Part shown: positions 12,808-24,271 of the stretch, piece by piece | Layout of the letters: each line of letters opens with the position of its first letter | Position numbering within the stretch: position 1 is the stretch's first letter | From: Phoronis australis | Taxonomy: Eukaryota > Animalia > Phoronida | Direction: 5' to 3' | Assembly (NCBI GenBank): GCA_002633005.1 | Contig: NMRA01000010.1 | Span: 1,047,252-1,111,251, forward strand | Length of the DNA stretch: 64,000 nt | Program-made: the position numbers and the translations under genes | The notes under the pieces: generated by a model | Told to the model about the DNA's origin: nothing | Database searches by the model: none | The model's input: the letters and a program-made list of their open reading frames with translations, nothing else

Positions 12808-15022
12808 CTGTAGAAATGATTGGACTTAGTATAAAGCTAAAGCTGAACGCGGCTGTCATTGGTCAACAAGAATAAAGCTAGAATCTAACACAGTTTCGCA
12901 AGTTCCATAGTGTTTGACTTGTATCTTTTGCTGAATTCGTACATAAATGAAAAGAAAACCGTTTAAAAATTTAGCAAAATTATTTATAAATGGTTCCTTA
13001 TTCAGTCTAAACCGTTCATCTCTAAACCTTTATAATTTTTGGCATATAGGTAAGTATAACAAATCGTGGAACAGATGTTTCTAAATTACTGAATAAGATT
13101 GTCCATAACTGATTCATTGCTTAAATTATTTAAAGTAACGACAGACTCATCGTTAAATTAATTTTAAAGCTACTATGAATACGCAGTGTTAAGCATGGGA
13201 CACTTAGCGCTCGTGTCTAGGGTCCTGCGCCTTCAGGGCTCTGTGCCATCACCAAAACGTCGTCAGACTGGTTTTTTGGGGTAAGGGTACATCAGGTTTA
13301 GGAATTTAATTGTAACGATGCATGATGTTGTCAAAGACAATGAGAAATTGACAATTAAATCACGGTATGAACGTAATTAAAATTTATCATTGTACAACTT
13401 GGGTTATGTAACAGATGATGTTCAACTATGTGCGGCGTTTGCAAAGCATTTCACAATGGAAATCTACGACATTTTCGCGATACCTCTTCGCAATCTGCGC
13501 CGTTTTCACTAGTTCACATTTCCCTGCCGCGAAAGTCCACGTGGAAAGAACGTTGATATTCTTCGAGCCAAAAACAACGGAAAGAAGAAAACAAGTTGTC
13601 AATCTTGCATTACGAGTGTCTAGTTGTCTGTTGGGATAATATTAGTTGTTTTGGGGAAACTGGATAAATATTCTAGTTAGAGAATTACGGCTGCTTATTT
13701 CATCATATTTTCAATAGTTTCGAATTAGCATTAAGTGAATAGTAAGTTTGGTTTTGTCTTTTCACATAACCACATAAGTGGAGAGCCACCCACAAATATT
13801 TCACAAATATAAGATTCGGCACCGAAATAGATGCTCTTTCCTAATTGCCTACAAAACAAAAAATCAACTTCATTCGCGCTTTTCAAAGGAGAACGGATTT
13901 GTGTGCGGAATTTGATTCGATTGAGATCATAGATTTCAACAGTGTGCCGCTTGAAAGCGTTTGTCGCAAAGAAGACCAGGCATCATCTGAATCACATTTC
14001 AGTAAATAAAATAGTTTGACAAATCAAGGGGTACTGATTCAAATACTTTTGTGTCATGGGGCCCGCTATAAATTTGTACGGTTCTACGTCCAATTATGAA
14101 ATTATTCTGAACTTGTTCCTTAACGAAAGTGAGTTCTAGGGCCCGTTCAAAAATCGACTTAGTTTTAAGACTAGTCCTGAGTAATAAGCACAGATTTATA
14201 GTGGTTTTAAATATTGTCCAACAATTTCGAAATAATAACTCTGATTTATAAATAAGCCGCCTAGTTTATAAATTACGGACATTATTCCTAGGCAATGCAA
14301 CTCGGTATACTACGGGAGAAACATTCAGCGAGAGAACTCTTAAAAATCAATTGTTCGTTCCCAGGTTTGTCACCCACGTGAGAACGACATAGGCCAACTG
14401 TGGACGATTGTAAACCGCTTTGTCCAAAAGGAAGTGGGTCTGGCACCACGAACAATATGACACCATCTTTGTCAATAGATGGAGGTGCCCGTGCCTTGAA
14501 TAATCTAGCAAAACACTTGCAGGTAGGCTAAATAAGAATGTCAAGTTTTACGACGTTATAAAACAAAATGGGTTACAACCAATCCCTGAATCAATTGTAC
14601 TGTCCACTATTCATAGCATCATTTTACTTAAAAGGATACTAAACGTTACCCTGTTTTGGTGATTTCAACCAACCGGGTTTCTGCCACCTAGAATGATGCA
14701 CCATTGGCGGACCAATTAAAGTATAAAAGTACGTAGTTTTTCTAAATATGTCAAAACAGTTGGTACCACATAGTCGTGGGGTCCAAAATGCTCTAGTGCA
14801 TTTAATTCTTTAAAATGACGTTGCGTTGCCGCCACTGCTATTGGGTGTGAATGAGTGTGTTGCAGAAAGCATCCAATACCGCCTTTGGTGCAACGCTACG
14901 GGTTCGCTCAACATCAGTACGCCGTGGACAGTTAGAGTAAGGTTAACGTTCACCAAAATTTAGTGTCAAGATTGGTGTTAGCGTTTAGTGAACTAAGAAA
15001 AAACATAAATCTATAAACAAAC

Positions 15023-15178
15023 CATCAGAAATTCTTTGAAGTCAATCGACCCACTGTTATCGTGATCAAATGTGCGGAAAATATGCTCATAAAAGGCTTT
15101 TGCTTTGCCATCCGGAAACAGTTCGGAGTATATTTCAACGAACTTCTCACGGGTTAAATGACCGTCTGGGCACTCTCT
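15023..15178 (-). CDS. Neuronal calcium sensor, exon 2
   Basis: Boundaries TTTCAG|AGA ... ATG|GTTTG. Encodes RECPDGHLTREKFVEIYSELFPDGKAKAFYEHIFRTFDHDNSGSIDFKEFLM (CPxG-inactivated EF1, and EF2). Confidence 0.93.
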
Positions 15179-15559
15179 CTGAAAAAAAGAAAAGTGTTGC
15201 CATTAAATCACAATTCTTATGGGGAAACCACTTACACATACTTAGGGACATGCGCGTAGTTTCTACTATAAAACCTCGGCTTATTGTGTAAACGTGTAGT
15301 TCTTTTGACGACCAAAATGTGGCGGTACTGTTAGTTGATTAAGATACTCTAGTAATATGTTCTGTTGGCCGGTTGCCTTTGAAGTTTTACTTTTCGTCGT
15401 ATAAATTATTATATGTAGTGCAGAGTAGGCAGAGAAGGCGACGTTAAAACACAATGAATTATACAACAACTTCCAAGAAGTGAAAGTGGATGTAGGAATT
15501 GATTACATTACTAGCAACTATTTCTGTCTGCTCAATATAAATTTGACAAAATTCTTAAA

Positions 15560-16693
15560 TGCGCGAGACGTTCATACAAGGTGAAGGTTCGGGTTGAATT
15601 TGACAACCTGAATACTAAAAATTCCAAGCATTTCTGGGCAGATATTAAACAACTGGGACCAAATCAGTTTAGAGAAGTTCCCCTGGAAGTCTTGGATTCA
15701 AATGAAAAATAAACTCTGATAGACGTTTTTTTTTTTTCTAAATAAACAAAGAAATGATTTCAAACAATTATTTAGATGCAGTTCTGAAAACACATAATTT
15801 GTTGATGATTTTTGTTTGAAAAACCTTGGATTTGCGCACGCAGTTAGAAAGTGTTTAACTTTGCTCTATTTTAATTGATCCTGGCTTAAATTGTGAAATC
15901 TCTGTTGATGAGGTTAGAAATGAAATGAAACAGAATAACAACACCGTCGGCTATGACTGTGAACCTTACGAAGTGTTAAGATTCGAAACTGTTGTTTTTC
16001 CAATCCAATTCTTTTAAAGGTTTACTAATGCCTTCTTATTGGTATAGTGTATATAAGGCAATTATAATCCTGATAACTAAGAATTCTACAGACGACCGCG
16101 GAATACCTTTGAAGTACCGTGGGATTAGTCTTCTCTCAAATATTTATAAACTCCAATACTGTATTGAATACTAGAACTGTAGGATTTTGTGAAACAAAGT
16201 GAGTTGACGAGCAAAATAGTTTTCGAAACCAACGGTCCTGTATTGATCAGTTATATGTCCTCCTCGTCCTGTCATCAATTATTCAAACAAGAAATTCGTC
16301 TAACCTTTCTACATTTGTGGACATGAAAAAAGCTTTTGACTTGACAAATCATGAACTTCTGATTAAAAATGATTGGACAGTAGTATTGATAGTAGAATGT
16401 ACGATGCAATTGGTATGGTTCATGGAACTCCATTGAACTGTTTCCGATTAAATGGCACTCTGTATAGTGATTGGTTCACTCCTGGGAACGGTGTCCGTCA
16501 GGGGACGTTTTATCACCGACACTGCTTTACATCTAAATGACTTAGCTCTGGAAATTAAGAAATTGGGTAAAGGTTCCAAATGTGACCCAAGCAATATTTC
16601 GGTTCTTCTTTACGCCAACGATATTGCATTTCTGTCGGAAAATTAAAATGACATGCAAGATGTGTTGAAAGTTTTAAACAATTTGTGTAAAAA
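15560..16693 (+). pseudogene. Degenerate non-LTR retrotransposon reverse transcriptase in intron 1 of the NCS gene
   Basis: Frameshifted RT motifs in the correct order: YRGISLLSNIYKL, DEQNSFRNQRSCIDQ, FVDMKKAFD, GVRQG, LLYANDIA (YADD-like). Confidence 0.85.
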
Positions 16694-16807
16694 GTGGCGG
16701 TGCACCACGCTCATGGCGGTGCACCACGCTCGTGGCGGTGCACCACGTTCGTGGCGGTGCACCACGCTCATGGCGGTGCACCACGATCATGGCGGTGCAC
16801 CACGCTC
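16694..16807. repeat. Minisatellite, 6 x 19 bp (RTGGCGGTGCACCACGCTC)
   Basis: Six contiguous near-identical 19-bp units, each containing the palindrome GGTGCACC, with no spacers. Confidence 0.95.
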
Positions 16808-17660
16808 AAAAATCCTAGTGTGAACACTGCGATTAGCATTTTTTCGGACCAAAAACTAGACGAGACAGATTTAAAGGAGAGTATAAGCCTTATTGTCAAT
16901 TTGTCATTTTTCACTAATAAAGAATGATTTGAATTTTTAGCGGATTTTTTAAAAAATTTGATAAATAAAGCTAACAATTCTTCAACAGGAGGTGTGACGC
17001 AGTGAGACAAGTACGTTTTGAAAATTCCAACCGTAGTCTCTCGCTTTCCTGATGTGAATACTAAAGGTCGAGTACGTCACTTTTCACCCTGCCTTGCGTC
17101 GATAGGTAACAGTTTGCCATTTGACATGTGGAATGAGTCCAGAAAGGTGTATTAAAACAACATCGAATAGAGCCAATGAGACACACATACATGTATTTGC
17201 ATTGTGCGACGCGCTCATGGCAACACACTTGTGGTTTGAAGAACTGTTATTACTTTTAGATAGAAATCGACTAAAACTGTTCAGTAATTGCTTTCGTAAT
17301 CCTTATTTGGAGATTTGTTGTATAAAAGAGCAATTTGCGAGACGTTATTACTTCAAACCATTGCACTTAAGAGGATGGACGTTTATGAAAATTAAGCGCT
17401 AAAACGTCACAAAATGCATTCATTGAATTTTTGTTTTCTAAGAAAACCTAAAGCTCTATTTCGCAGAAGTAAGTGATTGCTGCTTTAGACAGATCGATCA
17501 TATGTTAAAACACACTCGCGTTCAGAGTAACAGCGGTCATGCTTCGAAGAAGATTGTTCAAGAATTTAAAAGTGGTGACGTCACTGGTGCACAATGCACC
17601 GCTGTGTACACAGTCCTTCTTTTCATACACTCCCGATGTAAAACACAAGCATGTACTTAC

Positions 17661-17780
17661 GCTGAACACTTTATGCCACTCTCGAATTTGAGGTTCAGTG
17701 AAACTCGTTTTATTGACGAGACACTTGATATCTTCCAACGGAAGTTTATTCTTTTTCTTCTTCGACCCTTGAATACCCAT
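17661..17780 (-). CDS. Neuronal calcium sensor, coding exon 1 (191 aa in total)
   Basis: MGIQGSKKKKNKLPLEDIKCLVNKTSFTEPQIREWHKVFS|GTAAGT, with an MGxxxS myristoylation consensus. The four phase-0 exons sum to 40+52+39+60 aa. Confidence 0.92.
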
Positions 17781-18402
17781 GACGCCGCTATTCCCACATT
17801 CCAATTATTTCAAAGAATGGAATTTCTAAACTCTGAAACGCAGACAAAAACTAGAATAAATATTTTTAAAAGTGTGATCAAAACGCTACGAAAAGTACGT
17901 TTTTGATATCAGCCAGTACCACGCCCAATGATCAGGAGAATGCAGGCCGATGTCAACGGCTACAACCCAAGGTCCGCCGGTCGATTTGTGCTCAATCGGC
18001 AAGATAGGCTGGAGTGAGCATCGTCCGATTTGCAACCAAGGCACGAAGCAACAAATCACAATCAACATTTTGTTGTCACAATCACAGCTTAGTCGAAGAT
18101 TCCTAGTTTTTCCATCAAGTACTTACCCCGTGTATACACTTGAGCGAGTGAATTGGGCACTGTTGGAGTTGACTAAACTACCGTACTGTCTAATGGATAC
18201 ACGAGATTGATTTTTGTTTCGTAGACAAGGTTATTACCCTATTTCAGTTGCATACTGGTTACGACAATCGAAACAATTATACAGTAGTGTTAGTGTCGGA
18301 TGTTTGGTGCGGATACAGAGGGAGGGGCGAAGGATTCCCAATCTGCGTCACTTTTGAAATAGAAGACGCCGCGTGTTTTTCTACTGTCGAATTTGGGCAT
18401 TT

Positions 18403-18766
18403 CAGGGTCAGAGGTCTAATATTTGTACTCAAAATCGAACTAGAAATTGTTTTTGGTAGTTTTTTAATCTACGAATTCAAGATAAGTGTCTGTTATCCTG
18501 TGAAAGAGTACATCTTGGTTTATGTATGTGAGTTTCTAGTTCAATTTCGCTCTTGATAACCCCCAGGTTCGAGCTACAAACTTGAAATTTCAGTCAGTTA
18601 GTTCAGACTCGAACTTTTAGCCTTAATGTCGAGGCCGTCAACTGGACGTCATTATGTACTCGAGCATAGAAAAATCGACACTTATCTTTTGTTCTCACAA
18701 AAATAGAGCAGAAACTCCCAAGAATAATTTTGAGTTCGATTCTGAGTAAAAACATTAGAACCCGAG
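18403..18766. mobile_element. ~360-bp MITE family copy (PIF/Harbinger-like ends)
   Basis: Long imperfect terminal inverted arms. Shares the cores GGCTAAAAGTTCGAG and AACTAGAAACTCA (reverse orientation) with copies at 41748, 54481 and 57119. Confidence 0.7.
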
Positions 18767-19282
18767 TTTTGGTCGTAACATTGGTTTACCGTCTGAATGT
18801 GTATTTCAGAGTAGACAAGCTTCCTCTGTCTCATAGCCCGCACATGCGCTCACAATAGCAGTATCATTGCCCATAAAATCATTTTCAGTAAACGTACGTT
18901 AATCCGCAGGACATCCATGTAAGTTGTACGTGTTCCTAAAATATCATTTTCCTGACAGTCTCATCGACACCGCGAGATTCGTGCGAACATTTCCCTCTTT
19001 AGTGATAATGCTTTCCTAGTACAGATTTTCAACAGAAGTACTATTCCTGGAATCCTTTACAAAAGTTAACAATAGTTTTTTTGTTTCAAAACCATCAGGA
19101 TTATTTGCTTTGAAAGCGAAAAAGAGTGTTTTTATATTTCGATTCCGGGTAATGTTGATGTTTGTTTTAATACAGTCTCAAGTTTTTAGTTGTTTGGGCC
19201 GTATGTATACAATGTAAATGCTGCTGTTCTTCGCATGAACATGTTTTGTGGTTTTCATGACCAATTCGGAATGTTTACTACA

Positions 19283-19399
19283 TCCCCTCATCTGTCTCAC
19301 CCTATTTCCTTCTACCTCACCTCGCCGTCTCCCTCCACCTGCCCCTCCCTCCCTTCCTCCCTCCCTCCCACCCTCNNNNNNNNNNNNNNNNNNNNNNNN
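19283..19399. repeat. C/T-rich simple repeat running into an assembly gap (N 19376-19399)
   Basis: CCCT-like tract followed by Ns. Confidence 0.8.
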
Positions 19400-20369
19400 T
19401 CTTTATCCTTAGGAACGCCAATTTCAAGTAACATCAATCAATAATTCGATTTACATGTCGCTTAAGAGAAAACGCAGTGGCGCTTTTCGTTTTTTAGACA
19501 AAAGATTAATGTTAAAACAAGTGAATCACCGCAGCAACGAGAGTAGCAGTTTTTCGTTAATTTGATTTTGTCTTGCACAGGGGATCAATGATTTATATAG
19601 CCAATTGAGCGGATTAACAAGATATTGGGAGTCGGCTTGAAACAGATGGTTCGAAGTCACTCAGATTCTCAGCCTGCTTCGATTTCAACGGCACGAATAA
19701 AACACCAGCGCGATTAGGCTGAAAAGCGTGGTTTGGTAAGCGGATCAAAGAAGTCCAAACTTTTGTATGCCTTTTTCTCGGCCATTTTCTCAATAATGTT
19801 GTCAGACGTAACTTATAATAGCAATGGCTGAAAGGAACTTCGCTGTCATTGTTTACGCTAAGCAAGTTTTAATGAGAATCCAGCCGCAGAAATATCAACC
19901 CATTTAATATGACAATATATTAATAAATCCATATTACCCGACTGCTGACACATTCTTTTACAGATAATTATACTCATGAATATACTGTAATCATAAAAAT
20001 CAGTTTGTATTATAAAAAAGTGCAAGGGCGATTAAAGGTAAAACAGTAGTAATTGCACAAATAAATTGTTTTCGCGCGTTTATGCTGGCGGTAATGTCAT
20101 TGCGATACCGGTAACCAAGACATCTACTTAACTAGCAACAAAGCAAAAGTGGCCTTTTAAGGGCTTCAACCGGTGTAGGATTTTTTCCGTAGAGGATAAA
20201 ACAACTGTACTGATGATATTAAAATGTGGAAAACGTGTGAAAAGATAAAACGATAAAGAGGTGGAAACATTATTATAACCTGTTTTGGGGGTCTAAAAAA
20301 AGATCATTTTAAGTGAACTTACATATATTTTAACATGTCTTCAAGAGACAATGAAGAATCTATTTCACC

Positions 20370-20637
20370 ATACCGTATCCTAAGTTTTCACCCATCACTC
20401 ATAGTTCCCCTTCCATCTGCCTCCTCTACGTCGATGACAGTTCCTTTAAGCTGTCCAGTATCAGCATTGACACCTTCACTACTCACATTAACTCCATTGA
20501 CCCATGTATCCAGTTGATCATGCAAACCAAAACTGATGGCAAGTTACCATTTCTAGACTTATGCGTTCACGCAGACAATACTTGTCGTATAAAAACCGCC
20601 ATCTACCGTAAGCCTACCCTCCCGACCAATACCTTAA
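20370..20637 (+). pseudogene. Penelope-like element (PLE) RT relic
   Basis: LYVDDS motif (about 20424-20441), then DGKLPFLDLCV...IKTAIYRKPT..DQYL, the characteristic PLE RT C-terminal signature. Truncated at TTAA by the Kolobok-like insertion. Confidence 0.8.
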
Positions 20638-20911
20638 AGTCGAAAGCAACCTTGTTTCATGTCACTTTTAGCAAAAAGGAGGTTCGTTGATCATCCCAGA
20701 CACATTTTCACTTAATTACAGCTTTTCATAATTTGATTAATTTCTAGTCCTCAACTCAGGAAGTGAGGTTTTGGGAGGCAAGAGTTTCGCGCCAATTTCT
20801 TTTCATTATAGTCTGACTGTGAGAGCTGTCGAGTGTGTCATTGTTCTACCTCGGTTGTGATAAGTTCGGTAGTCGTTTTTTGTCGTCGCTTTTGTTTACA
20901 AGTCAGTCAAC

Positions 20912-21665
20912 ATGCCACGCTGTTGCTGTGTGCCGGGATGTACCCATTATCGTCTCACACGCGCTTTGGGTACCTTGCGTCGCTTTCCGAAGGATGACAC
21001 ACTTCGCCGTACTTGGCTAGTTCGTTCATGTGAGAAACGCAGCGCTACCCGTCCACGCAACGTACAAAGCAGTGGAGGGTTACCAAGTGTGTGAGAAGCA
21101 TTTTCTGCGGTCAGATTCTGACAGATATGCACGCTGAATTAATGAAGGTCCCTGCGAAACAACGCCTGAAGAAGGGTACCATATCGTCGCTGTTGATTTC
21201 CGACAGTGCCCCGTAGCCAACCCCGAGAAGTGCGTTTTTGAAGCGAGAAGCCTCGCGAGCTGTGGCCACTATATACAGTGACTGGAGGCACTTCATCTAC
21301 TGTCACCCGTGCCTCCGAATGTACCCCCATTGCGTGCAATTCCGGGAACTAGCAGTGATTCGCCTGTGCTGTTGTCTCTGAGCCCAGAGCCTGTCAAAGC
21401 AGTCCTGCAGCGATGTTGAGTAGTGGGAGTGAATACAGGCCCAGTTCGACACCCAGTGAAGAGGACAGTTCGTCATCCAATGAACAAATCGGTGAGCCTA
21501 AGTTTGATAAGTTTATTGTGGATTTATTGGAGCTATTTGGAAGGTGCCAGGTGTGTGGCGAGGGAGTCACACGGCGGGATGTAAGCAGTTTGGGTGCTCA
21601 GATCACGATTCAGTGGGAGTGTGTCGCGGGACACTCGAGCAAGTGGGACAGTTCTTCCTCTGTAC
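20912..21665 (+). pseudogene. Frameshifted THAP-domain transposase N-terminus (Kolobok type)
   Basis: MPRCCCVPGC...RRFPKDDTLRRTWL, then in shifted frames YQVCEKHF and RLKKGTISSL (THAP C2CH). Downstream KFIVDLLELFGRCQVC...ITIQWECVAGHSSKW. Confidence 0.8.
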
Positions 21666-22044
21666 GTGAGACGATAATGAGTACACCCCAGTACGCAGCA
21701 ACAGCGTGGCATGTTGACTGACTCGTAAGCAAAAGCAAACGAAGACCGACCTTATCACAACAGAGGTAGAACAATGACTGGCTCGACTGCTCTCACAGTC
21801 AGACTATATGAAAAGAAATTGGCGCGAAATTCTTGCCTCCCAAAACGTTTATAAGCATTGAAACAGAACGCAGAATACATGGCAACTCGCCCGGCACCAA
21901 TCCTGAGTTGGTCAAGAGCCAGTCATCCGACGAAGACTTCACGGGTCGGATCGTTAGGTTTCACAGGCTATCAGTTCGAACCGGAATACACTGATCAAGA
22001 AATACTAGAGGCGCCGTGAACAGTGCACAGACAACGGAACGTAT

Positions 22045-22259
22045 GGATAGATCTTTGGTAAGCCGGAATTCTTCAGAGAACACTGTCGACGAAATGCCGG
22101 CCATAGACACGGAGATGTTTCAGCGTACCATTCATTTTTCACTACCGCGAGCCACTTCCTAAGCATTTCGGGCACTCGAGGAAGTCGAAAAAACGATATA
22201 CCCGCTTTCTTCGCAGCTTTATAGTTCGGACAAGCGGGAACGATGCACCGACGAACCAT
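22045..22259 (-). pseudogene. Second THAP-domain relic, convergent with the first
   Basis: MVRRCIVPACPNY...SFFRLPRVPEMLRKWL, then shifted RVYGRHF and LKNSGLPKIYP. Confidence 0.8.
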
Positions 22260-22519
22260 TGACGTCGCTGCGTCGTTTCTTACCTTCCTCACATGTTAAC
22301 GTGACACCTCTCGGCAAGGTGAGGTCGACTGTATAAGAGGCGATGTGGATATAGACCGATTAAGAAGGTAAAAAAGACTAATTAAATGAGGTGGCATTCT
22401 CCTTTAAAAATACAAGCGCCATGAGCTCCTCAGTCGTTGACAAAAGCCGATTGTTGTCGACTGAAACGTTCGAACTCGTCCCTTAGTAAGTGGGCTTACA
22501 CTGTACATATCTTTTTAAC

Positions 22520-22870
22520 ATTTTAACGGAGTGTGAAACATTCTTATCTATTATAACATTTTGGGTATGAAAAAGGACTAAACCATTATTGCAATTTGAG
22601 GCACATTTTCGGAGTAAGGGAATAAGTAAGTCTTAGCCATTATCACATTTTGGGGTATGAAGAACGCCACATTGACCGAGTGTAGAAATAAATAAGTTTC
22701 GGCCATTCATTTTCAAGGTATGAAAAACAGCACATTGTTGGAGTGTGGAAATAAACTAGACTTAGTTATTATCATTTTTGGGGCTTTGAAAAACGACCAA
22801 TTGTCGGAGTGTGGAGAAAAGTGAGTGGTAGCCATTATTACATTCTGGGTTATAAAAAACGACACATTGA
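22520..22870. repeat. Degenerate minisatellite, about 5 x ~65 bp
   Basis: Recurring unit CACATT..GGAGTGT.GAAATAA....TTAGCCATTATCACATTTTGGGTATGAAAAAC. Confidence 0.8.
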
Positions 22871-22885
22871 TATATGTGAATGTTA

Positions 22886-23140
22886 GAGGAGGCAGTGTGA
22901 CGTAGTGAAGATAAATTTCAGCTTCTTTTACTCAAGGTCGTGGGTTCGAGTCCCACTGGGCACACTGATAGACCCTTGAGTCAGGATTCTAGCCTCTCAG
23001 CTCGATTCTAACTGAATAATAATAAAGCTTAAAATGGTTCCAGCCAGTCAATGCAATGGAGCCACCCGAGAGGCTTGCGCACGGTCTGCTGCGACGGGTA
23101 CCAGACCGCCTGTAATTATTTTTTTAAATGTGCGTGTTAT
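22886..23140 (+). mobile_element. tRNA-derived SINE, copy 1
   Basis: A-box-like GTGACGTAGTG and B-box GGTTCGAGTCCC. The tRNA-like head and ~170 bp of downstream body are shared with an inverted copy at 40305-40569. Confidence 0.8.
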
Positions 23141-24125
23141 TTCCCAACTGAGGATGGGAAAAATGAACCCCTGGCTGGACTTATTATTCGTCACTGTAAT
23201 AGCTTCAATGTATGTATTGAGCTTTTGTCTACTTTCCGTATACATGTACACATTGAGACGGCAATATACTATCATATAATGAGGATTAATTATATTTTTT
23301 ACTAAAAACTATTCAATCTTAGTCCAAAACATTATTTTTACAAATTCCCGACAACATGGCTAATAACATATAACTGTGTCGACTTAGCCAGCAAAATGTT
23401 GATGAATTGAATTATTCTACTTACGTTGTAATGACGATGTATTCGTGTTACTGCCCCGTTAGCGTCCACACCTATTTAACGACATAACCATTCAGAAGGG
23501 TCCAGATCAGCTCAATAACTGTAGACAAATGGTTGTGTTGATTGGTTCATACGAATCTGAACTACAGCGCGAGGGGCCCTGGGAATTCTTCTGACAGGAG
23601 TGAACTGGTCCCAGCCGTTAAATTCTTCCACGAGCATTTTTGCGTCATCAAATATAAGTCAGTTGTCTTCGTCACTATGCGCATCGACCGTGCAAGCTTT
23701 CAGCGATGTAATATTAATGTTGATGGCGGAACCGTGTATAATTGGATCACAGTATCGGAAATCTTATTTACATCATTCATTAAGGTCGCCCTTATTAACG
23801 CAGTGGGACCACCAACAGTGAGACGACCAGGATGTTTCGCCTGTGGCGGTCAAAATCACAGCCAAATAAACGAACATAGCAGGACACACGCAGCTTCTGC
23901 CCATTCAGCTTTATTTTTTCACCACGTCTGCAATTTGAAATAAAATTACCATTAAGAGTAAACATGCCCGATAAGACATGAATTTTCGTTTTTTGTTTTT
24001 GTCAGAATAGACTATGTTGGTTTAGGTAAAAAATAACTGAGTTTTGTGATCGAGCCTAGTTGACGAGAGCAGATGATTCAGTCAAGAAATTAATTTATTA
24101 CGTAACAACCATTGTTCACGTAAAA

Positions 24126-24271
24126 CCAGCCGTGCGTTCAGTAGCGGTAGGACCTAGCTAAAATCTAGCTGAAGTCACGTGTTCTCACTTAAAATACACG
24201 GCAATATCTTACGTAATCTCGCGAGGTCTTGCGTTTTAGCGAGGTCCTAGCGTTACTGAACGGGAGGCTGG
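24126..24271. mobile_element. Palindromic MITE (~146 bp)
   Basis: Arms CCAGCC...CGTTCAGTAGCGGTAGGACCTAGCTAAAA and TTTTAGCGAGGTCCTAGCGTTACTGAACG...GGCTGG. Related degenerate pieces lie near 590-635 and 11170-11260. Confidence 0.7.

Larger units (their letters stand above)
20638..22403. mobile_element. Kolobok-like composite non-autonomous DNA transposon
   Basis: Flanked by TTAA (20634-20637 and 22404-22407). Termini AGTCGAAAGCAACCT and (reverse complement) AGGAGAATGCCACCT match at 11/15. Contains two THAP relics, a Cys/His transposase-type segment and a YQFEPEY peptide. Confidence 0.75.

Noticed and set aside
16694-16807. CRISPR-like array of palindromic repeats
   Set aside because: Units are contiguous with no unique spacers, there are no cas genes, and the context is a eukaryotic intron.
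22886-22965. Functional tRNA gene
   Set aside because: The cloverleaf is degenerate, and homology with the second copy extends well beyond the tRNA part, indicating a SINE.
23424-23904. Multi-Sec selenoprotein (in-frame TGAs)
   Set aside because: The same frame contains TAA stops and I could not identify a SECIS element.
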